Assembly: GCA_904063045.1 (NCBI GenBank)
Contig: CAJFCJ010000006.1
Location: forward strand, 3,736,408-3,800,407
Direction of reading: 5' to 3'
DNA length: 64,000 nucleotides
Source of the DNA: Dimorphilus gyrociliatus
Lineage: Eukaryota > Animalia > Annelida
Shown: piece by piece, positions 36,127 to 46,900 of the stretch
How the letters are laid out: every line of letters starts with the position of its first letter
Position numbering within the stretch: position 1 is the first letter of the stretch
Made by a program: the position numbers and the translations under genes
The notes under the pieces: generated by a model
What the model saw: only the letters and a program-made list of their open reading frames with translations
What the model was told of the DNA's origin: nothing
The model's database searches: none

Positions 36127-37144
36127 ATGATGGATATTCTGTGGTCAACATTTCTTAATGGTACTAATGCAGCAATACCGTTTTATCTTGCATTGGGAAT
36201 GATTTTTCTAGCACCAATAGTATATCTTCGTCTCGTATATGTTCAAAATGCACCTTACGGAAGATACGATGTTCCTTCAACATTTAAAATCAATGTTAAA
36301 CTAGCTTGGTTTGTTCAAGAATTGCCAGCATTCCTTATACCCGTTTTGCTGTACATGTTTACAAATTCACCAAAAGCTGATCAACCTATAAATCTTATTT
36401 TGTTAGGAATGTTTATGTTGCATTACGCTCAGAGGTATTAATCACTGTTAATAACGGTTTACTAAATAGTACAGCAGTATACCTTCGTAGTTTATTAAAA
36501 CATATTTTTGTATATGCTTTATAGGACTTTTGTTTACCCTTTCTTAATTCGGGGAGGAAAACCAAGTGCTGCCTACGTTGTCGTTGCAGCCTTTGCATTT
36601 TGTGTTATTAATGGATATATGCAAGGCTTTTACCTATTAAAAGTTGGTAATTATCCTTCTGATTGGTTAAATAGTCCTAAATTTATGCTGGGGTCAACGC
36701 TATTCCTTTTTGGATTCGTTATGAATCTACACTCTGATCATATTCTGAGAAATCTACGTAAACCGGGAGAAACGGGCTATAAAATTCCACAAGGTTGACC
36801 AATTAAACTGTTTACTATGACAAACGATATATTAAAGTTCACTTTTCCTATAGGTGGACTTTTTGAATATTTTACGTGTGGAAACCTTTGGTCAGAGTTT
36901 GTATGTATCTCTTATGTGCAAATTGATTTCAGATGTACGATAAAGTTTCATATCTTTAAAACTGATACAGATTGAATGGGTAGGCTTTGCTCTTGCCACA
37001 TCATCACCTACTGGTCTCGCTTTTGCCGCGTTTACGTTTGCTAATCTCATTCCAAGATCGATTGCTCACCGTAAATGGTATATCGAAAGATTTAAGGGAA
37101 AATACCCAAAAGATAGATTCATTCTGATTCCAAATGTTTGGTAG
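36127..37144 (+). CDS. SRD5A1: 3-oxo-5-alpha-steroid 4-dehydrogenase (steroid 5-alpha-reductase), 265 aa
   Basis: Exons 36127-36434, 36525-36793, 36854-36900 and 36971-37144. Motifs PYGRY, AWFVQELPAF, HYAQRT, NLHSDHILRNLRKPGETGYKIPQGGLFEY, IEWVGFALA and HRKWY. Confidence 0.93.
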
Positions 37145-37497
37145 AAACGAAGAAGTGATAGATGAATTCTTTACTGTGATGCTTTTCTTGAATGATTGCT
37201 CATTTGTTTGAAGTTAAAGCAAATAAAACTCAAATTGTAGTTTTTTGAAAAAAAAATACGTCATTACTGTTGCTATGGTAAACATTAGCCGCGTAGTTAC
37301 TAGGATAGTGTCGATACAAATTAATATCGGTCAAAAAAAAATATAGGAGATATTTTTTTCTGTGTATGGTTTATTGGACTTTTAATGGAATAAATTTAAA
37401 ATTATAATGACAAAATAAACCGTTTAAAGGTACGTAGAAAACGTTACTAGCAGTTGACACAATTACGAGACGGAGTTCCGTACCCGACCAAACGCTC

Positions 37498-37729
37498 ATT
37501 GGTGATTGGCCAGTTCAATATTACTAGTGGCATCTACGATTTTCGCCACTGTACAAATTTTTAGTTAGCAATTTCAGCAATAATAGTCGTCAAACCACGT
37601 TTTTTATTGTTTAAAAATTAATGGTTTGAAAAATCAGGCGACGTTTAAGCAAAGGAAGCATTTATCCGATTTTAACTGTGGTATGTACTCATAAATTGCA
37701 TTACTTTGTCACTTTTCTAGTGGCGCCAA
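37498..37729 (+). promoter_or_regulatory. Cell-cycle-type promoter of cyclin A: two inverted CCAAT boxes, CHR (TTTGAA), E2F-like TGGCGCCAA
   Basis: ATTGG at 37498 and 37505, TTTGAA at 37625-37630, a probable 5'UTR intron at 37681-37747 containing TGGCGCCAA at 37721-37729. Confidence 0.5.
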
Positions 37730-37751
37730 CTTTATATCGCCTTGCAGGAAA

Positions 37752-39732
37752 ATGTACCGTGTCGACGAAAATCACGGCCAAGAGGTAGTAAAGATGGAAG
37801 AAGAGGACTCTGCAAAGCCCCCAGCTTCTAAACGAGCAGCTCTTTCTACCCTCACCAACGTACAACCTCGTGTTCAGCCGTTTAGAGCCGCGAAGGTGCT
37901 TACTTTCACTTGCATGAGTTTTTGCATGTGCATTTTTATACTTATTTTTTCGTGCCCAGGCCAACCAAATCAAGGTTGTGACAGACAAGGGTGGTTTAAA
38001 AATTAAGAATAACGACGAAAATGCCCAACCCGGGAGAAAAGAATTTCGAAATCCGCCGTTCGCCATTTTCCGCGAAAATCAAGAAATTAGAGAGACAAAA
38101 CAACTTAAACGTTCAGCATTTGGAACCATACCAACGGACATCAACAAATGCAAACCATCCCCAATAAAGCATGACTTGAAATTACTGAATCCGATTGTTT
38201 CAGCTCTTCCTCCTGCTCTGGACAGTTAGTTTTCCTTCTTATTTATAATATTTAGGGCATTTAAATCGTCTTTTGACGCTAACAGTTTTTAAGTATTTGA
38301 ATTTTGTAGAGGTCCAAGCTGTAAGAATCGCAGCTTTAAAAAGCATGACATTAGATAAACACTAATTAGGTAGAACATGTATATAAACATTAGGTGATGG
38401 TGTAGGTCAAATTGATCTAAAAAAATCTGATTTGGATACTCCATATGTAGGGTGTTGGTGTATTTTAGTGTATTTTATTACCCTGATCACTTTCATTTCT
38501 AATGGGATAAATGTTACTTTCTCTTGGTTCAGGCTCGGGTCACTCTGCTATGCTTGTTGATGATTCATCTCCTTTCGCTCCACCATCCGAATTGAGAAGA
38601 AATTCTTTTTCAGCTAACAAACTAATCAGTGATCCCACGGAACTTCGTGAAATCTCTTTCAGGTGTGAAGACTATGCCACAGACATTCTACGTAATTTAA
38701 AGCAATCAGAATTATCACATTCTCCTAGACCCGATTACTTAACTAAACAACCAGACATAACAAATAACATGAGGTAATACAGTCGTAAGATTATCTGAAA
38801 GACCCTACTAGATAATATTTTCCATCGACAGATTGATTTTAGTCGATTGGCTTGTTGAAGTTGCCGAAGAGTACAAAATGAAGCGCGAAACTTTGTGTTT
38901 GGCTGTTAACTATGTGGACAGGTTCCTCTCCGTTATGTCAGTTTTCCGCTCAAAATTGCAATTGGTTGGCGCTGCCGCTATGTTTATAGCGTCAAAGTAT
39001 GAAGAAATCTACCCCCCAGACGTGAACGAATTTGTCTATATTACGGATGATACCTACACGAAAAATCAGGTATAGGAAAATAGTGTTGAAACAGCCTTAA
39101 ACAGAGATTAGGGTCATTGAAACGTTGTATGAAACAGGTGTTAAAAATGGAGCAGTTGATTCTCAAGACGCTTATGTTTGAATTGGTTTCACCTACGAGT
39201 AATTTGTTTGCCGAAATATTTTGTTGCCGACTTCGAATTAAACACAGAGCTCATTCGTTAGTCATGGTAGGTGATAACTAATTTAGTAATTAATATGCAA
39301 CGAAAATGAATATTAATAAATGCTTTCTTCAGTATTTTGTTGAAATGGCTGAGTTGGATGCCGAATCGTTTCTTCAATATAAAATGAGTCATATAGCTGC
39401 CTCAAGTGTGTTTTTATCAGGAATTATCTTGGATCAATTGGAGTCCATGAACGATTTTGAGCACGTGACAGGATATACTCGCGCGGAATTGAGGCAATGC
39501 ATGGGCGATTTATACAAAGCTATGTGTATAAATGGGCATTTGGTTCAGAAAGCGGTCTTCGACAAGTACAAAAGCGAAAAGTATTGTTTTCTTATCAAAT
39601 ATCTAAGCAAATGTACATATATAATTGTTTTATCACCCTTTTTTTAGATTCCACGCGATAGCGAAAATCACTCCACCGCCGAGTTTATTTGGTCTAGAGA
39701 GGGAGAAAATACTAGGAGAATTAAAAAAATAA
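37752..39732 (+). CDS. CCNA: Cyclin A
   Basis: Exons 37752-37895, 37960-38224, 38533-38773, 38832-39069, 39138-39266, 39333-39580 and 39648-39732. D-box [25 protein letters not shown] and [30 protein letters not shown]. Confidence 0.96.
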
Positions 39733-40181
39733 CTTGTTTTATGGATATGTTTTAGTAAGAATGAGACTGTTAATGTTGAACTATACGACAGCTCTACGGA
39801 TTTTTCCGTCAAAAGCAGACACTTGTTTTTAGCATCCAAATTTATAGCTAAGTTATTCTGAAGGTTTTAAGGTTCTTTTAGATAGGATTTTTTGTTTTAC
39901 AAGCTAAGTTATTGGCTTCTATGTTCTAATTAATCAACATTTGAGTGTATGAAGATCGATCGATGGAACTTATGTATATAAGCGTCAAATTTTTTTCTCT
40001 TGAAAACATATAATGTCAATTTATGCATCATAATTTTTTTTAAATTTATAGATCAAATACTCAAAATCACTATCTCCGCGTAAATATAAAAGAAACGTAT
40101 ACTTTGTTGAGAAATAAAACTGTATTGAAGTACAATAATATAGCTTTTGTGTGGGAAATAAATGTTTTGTTTTGCAAAAAT

Positions 40182-41988
40182 TTACTTTCCCTTCCTCTTC
40201 CCTTTGCTTTTTTTAGTTTGCGACGTCGCCGAGTCGAGACTTTCACCTTTGGCGGTAGATTGCGTATCCGGTTTCTTCTTAGGCCTATTTTGGTTTCTCT
40301 TGCGCTTTGTGTCTGTTTTGGCATCTTGATCTTGTCCTTTAGCGCCATTGTTTTTTGAAGAATTCTACAATAGCAAATTGATTACTATTAAGTTTATTTT
40401 GAATAATCTAATAATATTGACATTAACAATTGATTGCTGCTGAAGGTCAGACATTTCTCTTTGAGTTGTTAGAAATTCGTCAATTTCACTACAAATTGTA
40501 TCCTTAACTTTCTGGGCTTCGTTCGCTTTGGATTCTTTGATACGTAGTAGCCAGGAGTTCTTAACCTGTATTAAGAGTACACGTAATAAGTAATTTGATT
40601 AGTCAAGCGGCTTTTAAACTTACAACATTCTCTACCACTTCCTCTTCACTTTCCTCCATTCTATCAGAATCTAATTGCATTGAGCGCGCTTCCTCTTCTA
40701 TCTCACTCATACTGTGAGTGGGAGATTCCGCCGCCTTGACTGTAACCTTTCGGAAATCGGCAACATATGTTCCATATGGTTTACCTGAAGACCTGTTTGA
40801 CAAACATGAATTCAATAACGTTTTAAGAATAGCTTATTTAGTTAGGGGAGACCTTGCTTCTTCATCAGCCGAGAGAGCATTCTGAAGGACATCATTAAGC
40901 TCAACGATCTTAACTGTGGCTATGTTCGTACACCGTAAAACTTGTTCCTTATTTAGCAACATGTTTCCAGTCATTTGCAAAGTGCATATTTCTCTATGCT
41001 TATTCATCCCTATTATCATTTTGCCATCCATAACTTTTTCTTCTCTTGATATCGGATCAGTCAGGCAGTATGTTCTAAAATATAAATAATTAAAAATTTT
41101 CTTCTCTAATTGAGTATTAAAGTATATTTTTACCCCTGATGGAAAAAAGCGATTGTAACACATAAGGGTAAGTGATGAATACTTAAGGGAATTGGATCCT
41201 TTTCATCTACACTATGCTGTGAAAATTTATAAATGTCAAAAACTTAGACGAAGGTAAAATGTCGAAAAAGAAATGTATTACAATCGTAACTTCTTCTCCT
41301 GAGACTGTTATATCAGGCCGCCTAAAATGGGACAAGGCGGCTATTGAGCATAAAGCTGAAGCGTCTATTGTGTTGCCGTCGTAATTGAGGATTTTGATGT
41401 CAACTCGAAGTTTCCAGACCTTGATCAAATTAGGACTAAAAGTACCGATGAAAAAGATAACAAAATGAAAATACTTTAGCTCCTGCCATGATGCATAAAC
41501 TTTCTAAATCTACCGCCCGGCTGTCCCTAAGGCATCTTTCCAATACTCGTGCCATTTCATTTGCTTGTTCTGTTTGCTTTCCTGGTTCGAAGTGAGCCTC
41601 GGCCATTGGTGAAAACTCAACATTAATATATAAAAATCCTTCGGTAGGTCTCGTTTGTTTTGGCTGACCAACTTCACAGCTAACTTTCGCCATGACACTA
41701 AAAGTTGTGTAATATTTTGTTAAGTCATATAATTAAAAGAAAATGTATGCATTCCTATACAGACATTGTTTCTCCCAATTCCACGGTGCAACATCCCCGG
41801 TCTATACCGAATTCAAGCTTTATTCGTCTGTAATCATAACTTTGCCTGCCGTCTAATCTCTATAACGAATTAAAGATCTGTGTGAATTATGGAATAATAT
41901 TGACTAAGACTGTTTAAATAACCTCTTTATTTTCAATAGCTTTTAAAATGAAATTTCTTTCACAATTTGAAAGTGGAGTTTCTTTCAT
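40182..41988 (-). CDS. EXOSC9: Exosome complex component RRP45/PM-Scl75
   Basis: Starts MKETPLSNCERNFILKAIENKE|RLDGRQSYDYR, with later RAVDLESLCI, WKLRVDI..YDGN, ALSHFRRPD and MNKHREIC. The final exon 40364-40182 encodes a basic NLS-like tail ending KKSKGKRKGK*. Confidence 0.95.
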
Positions 41989-42405
41989 ATTTTCAACTGT
42001 GTATGTATTCTGTCTGAATCGGTTAAAATTATAAAACTAACATGCAGAATACTGAGCGATAATTAAGTTTTTAAAATGTAAACGTTTGGAATAAAAAATA
42101 AAATTAATATTACCTATTTCAGGGAATAACTTGAAGTTTTAACTTAAATTTCATATTATTTTTATATTAGATATTAGGGACAAAAGTGAATTTGTTTAAA
42201 AGTATCTAGGGCTACAATTGCCAGATCTACTAATCTCGTCAAAAATAAGTTTCCTAAAATACACAGGATATGAATAATGCTGAAACTATCTTCACTCCTA
42301 TAAGAATCATTCAGCAATTGTATTTGCCATATTCCCATAATGTTTAATCCATTTAAAGCTTTTAAGAATTCTAGTTGCGAAAGAGGTTTGTACTACCAAC
42401 CTAAA

Positions 42406-42440
<35 letters not shown>

Positions 42441-43928
42441 TATATGCAAGTATATATTTAATATGAATGTTGTCTTTGCATTTTACAGTCGATCACGTAT
42501 AAATTTTACCAGAGAATAGATTCAATTGAAATGAGTTAGTTAATTGTTACTTTATATGATACATCCGGTGTGATTTTGCTGAACGATTCTAGCTAGCTTT
42601 TACATATATAATTTTCTGTAACATATCAAACAATAGATGGCGCAATAGATATCTTCTCATTCATTTTGGGTTGAAAGCAAGCGTCTGCCTGTGTCATAGA
42701 AGACTTAATAAAAAGACAAAATCGAGCTGATCAGCTCTTCATTTTACTATAATCAAAAACTTTCATATGCTTCCAAATAACAGCTGTTCTATACCGGCCT
42801 ATTAACTATCATCGTTTTGGGTAGTCAGTAACATATTGCACAGCATTCAACAACGATGGTTAGCTTAAAAAGGAAGAGTGTTTCAGGTTTGTCAATTTCC
42901 TAAACAAAGTTTTTCAATTGCTCTCCTGAAAAATCTATTATATTCCAAATGTTCTTCTTCTTAATGAATCATAATAATAGTTAGATAAATTGGATTGTTT
43001 AATAGAATTGTTTCTTCCGGTTGTGTTTGGACATTAGGGGGTTGGGAAATTAATTCATTCTATAGAACCGTGAATTTTTGGTATTTTCTCTCTATTCATC
43101 CTATGATGACAGTGGGGAGTGGGTTTTATTGATTTTTTTCCACACTTGTTTTTACCTTATGTGTAGCTTAAGTAGAACAAATTGAAATACACACTGCAAA
43201 TTAATGCACCATCATTTACTATGGATATTAGAAGCTATTATCCATCAATAATTTCATGTTAAAGAAAGCGACATTGTCAATAATGAATTAAGTTGCATTC
43301 ACTGACATTTTCGCATTTTGAGAAGGGGCGGAGAGAATTTGACTAAATTTAACTGTTAAAAAAAGCCTTATCATTATTTTTGTTAAGTTCAAGTTTAAAA
43401 TAAGTAAAACAATAAATAATAATATAAACAGTCTAAAAGAAAGAATAAACGAACTATTTTGTTCTATTCCATTGAGAAACATAACGCAGTGAACGAGATA
43501 GAAATCGACTTTTTTCTGTGATGACTCTGTGTATTTACTTGTGATATGACGACACACAGTGAGTGATAACATTATTGAAGACAAATTCCCTGTTTTTTTT
43601 TTATCAGTTACTTATTTAAAGAAATGGAGACAGAGTAAATTGCTAAAAGAAAAAACAGAACAAAGTGTCAAGAGTCTAGTTGAGAATATTTATTTAGATA
43701 GAATATTCCAGCTTTTTTTTGGCTTTTTTTTTATTAATTTTAATATGCAAAATTGATTGCATAATTGTAAAAGTATTTTGTAATCTATCAGAGTAGGAAG
43801 CTAATTAGTTTTATTTTCTTTTCTTTGTTAATTGACCGAAATAGTGTTATATTTTTGGCGCGAGACGAGACGAGTGGCGCCTCGCCATCTCTCTCTCTCT
43901 CTCTCTCCAGATTATAAACTCGACTCGC

Positions 43929-46900
43929 ATGGAATGGATAGCGTTGAAAGATTTTGGCCGAGAAAAGAGAGTTTGTCAAGAGTTTGTAGATGATTTTGAC
44001 GTCTATAACGATGATATAGTCAGTGATTGTTACCATGGTAATAGCTTTATTCGCCTTGGGAGAGTTATTATACTATTTGCCTGGATAGGAATATATAAGT
44101 CGGTTTAAAGTTGAATAATAAGAAATATCGTGGTCATATTTTTTATGTTTTATGCTTCAAATGTTTTATTAACTGTTTAGGAAGATACTTCCTTACTGAT
44201 GCCTCTTGATTCTGATATAATATGCTCCTCTTATAGAAACATTCGTCATAACTGTCAATATACCATTACGTTTGCTTTCCCTTGTTTATTATTTATATAA
44301 GTACAGGAAAGTGATACTGTATATATGCACTAACGCCGTTTTCTTTTTTAATAGAATACCATCAAATGACTCCAACAAGCGCCGGTCCAAGCGACGACAC
44401 GGCATCCGGAGGCAATATAGGAGTTGGAAATTCAGAGCAAGATCACAGAACTATAGGAATTAATGAGGTTGCTGATCACGCTGTCAAATTCCCAGATAAT
44501 TCCATACGAACATCCAAATATAATTATTTTGATTTTCTTCCCCGATTTCTCTTTGAACAATTTCGAAAATATGCAAATATTTTCTTCTTAATTATTTCTT
44601 GCTTCCAACAAATACCAAATGTCTCTCCGACTGGAAAGTTCACAACGGCTGTACCGTTTTTTCTCATCTTATGTGTGTCGGCTTTAAAAGAGATTTTTGA
44701 AGATTTTAAACGTCATAGGGCAGATAAAGCAACTAATCAGCAAAAAGTGGAAGTTATGAGAAACGGCGGATGGCAATCTGTGGAATGGCGTCACGTCCAA
44801 GTTGGCGAATTTGTTAGAATAGTTAGTGGTTCGTTCTTTCCAGCAGATATTGTGCTTTTATCCTCATCCGAACCGGAAGCTATGTGCTATATAGAGACAG
44901 CAAACTTAGATGGAGAGACAAACTTGAAAATACGGCAAGGTTTAAGCCAAACTAAACACTTGTTAGATCATAAAGCCCTAGCAGCTCTTAAGGGTCGTGT
45001 AGTTTGTGAAAAGCCCAATAGGCATTTGTACGAATTCAGGGGAAATATTGAATTACGTGCAGGACGTGATACGCAATCCGGAGTATATCCGCTCGGGCCG
45101 GAACAGTTACTATTACGAGGAGCCATGCTTAGGAATACCAGATGGATATTCGGTATAGTGGCTTACTCTGGTCGAGATACTAAATTAGTTCTCAACTCTA
45201 CTAAAGCTCCCTTGAAGATGTCGTCCGTGGAGCGAATGACTAACTATCAAATACTTTACCTATTCGCAGGACTTATGGTTTTATCACTATTATCTGCCAT
45301 TCTATACGAAGTTTGGAGTAATAAAAATGCGAAATCGCATTGGTACTTAGGATTCTATGGTTAGTTTTTTTTTCTATTCCCCATCAGCAATTGTGTGGTT
45401 TAATGATTAACAAGGGAGAAGAGATAAATCTCTTTTTATTTCCTATTATTTACAATAAATTAATTAATTATTTCTAACAGTCAAAAATTCCAAAGGCAAA
45501 GGTTTGTTGAGTAAACTAAGCTTCTACGGTCAGGGGCGTCTTAAGATATCAATCTGGACGCAAACCGTTTACTAAATCATTAATTTGCTTTTTCTTAAAT
45601 TTTTATTATATAAAAATGTAAATAAACTGGCTTAACCTTTTACTACTGCCTGGGGTTGGCTTTTTCGGTGCTTTAATTTACAATTTTATTCATTTAGGTC
45701 CTTAATCTGCATCTAAAAATATTAAATAATATTCTATTCTATTTCCATTTTTCTTTACTATTCCTTACAGAGGCAATGCCAAACAACTTTGGATTAAACC
45801 TGCTGACATTCATAATTCTCTATAATAATCTTATACCAATTTCATTGCCAGTTACTTTGGAAGTAGTAAAGTTCTTTCAAGCTATTTTTATAAATTGGGA
45901 CTTAGATATGTATTATGAAGAGAATGACACTCCAGCAAACGCTCGTACTTCAAATTTAAATGAGGAATTAGGAGCTATAAGATATATATTTTCGGATAAA
46001 ACGGGCACTTTAACAAGAAATGAAATGGAATTTCGAAAGTGTAGCATAGCAGGTGTACAATATGGAAGCAATGATGAAAACATGCAACACTTTGATGATC
46101 CTGAGCTTCAAAACGCTCTTGGACGAAATGATAAAAATGTACAAGATTTTCTTCTTTTACTGGCGATTTGTCACACTGCTGTGCCGGAAAAAGAGGAAGA
46201 TGGAGAGATCGAATATCAAGCCTCTTCACCTGATGAGAAAGCTTTAGTTCTTGCTGCTAAAAAAGAAGGCTACCGGTTCATAACTCGTACACCGGATTAT
46301 GTCGAAGTTGAGATTGCTGCTAAGGGGGAAATAGTGCGCTATGAAGTTTTGCATGTACTCGAATTCACATCAACGAGAAAACGAATGAGTGTTATCGTCA
46401 GAACCCCAGAGGGTAAACTAAAATTGATGGTGAAAGGAGCTGATAACGTTATATTTGATCGCTTGTCGAAAAATTCTCAATATAAGAATGAAACGATTAA
46501 TCACCTTGAGGACTTTGCTAAAGACGGCTTACGAACTCTAGTTTGTGCCGTAGCAGATATTGAACCCAACTTTTATGAGGAGTGGAAAGAATTACAAATA
46601 CAAGCTACCCTGGATGTAAATAATAGAGACGATCTTTTAGCTGAAGCTGCTGAGAAGATTGAACGTAATCTTCTCCTATTAGGAGCGACGGCCATCGAAG
46701 ATAAACTTCAAATAGGGGTTCCTGATGCAATTGCCGATCTATCGAAAGCGGACATTAAGATATGGGTGTTGACAGGCGACAAACAAGAGACTGCCATTAA
46801 TATAGGTTATTCTTGTAAGCTATTGACTGCAGATATGCCTTTAATCACTATAAACGAAGAAGACTTGGAGGTATGTGCACTCCTTTGAGTACTTAATTGC

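Noticed and set aside
38309-38368. 60-nt phase-symmetric segment with an in-frame TAA in cyclin A intron 2: possible poison exon
   Set aside because: Weak donor and no independent support; direct splicing 38224>38533 already gives a complete protein.
40070-40358. Lys/Arg-rich ORF 40070-40348 (-) and its hydrophobic antisense ORF
   Set aside because: The last EXOSC9 exon (40364-40182) uses a different frame of the same DNA; these ORFs are by-products.
43288-43756. ORFs 43288-43584 (-) and 43559-43756 (+), including a possible spliced MTTH-ITYLKKW.. peptide
   Set aside because: No recognisable domain and AT-rich low-information sequence; cannot be supported without expression data.
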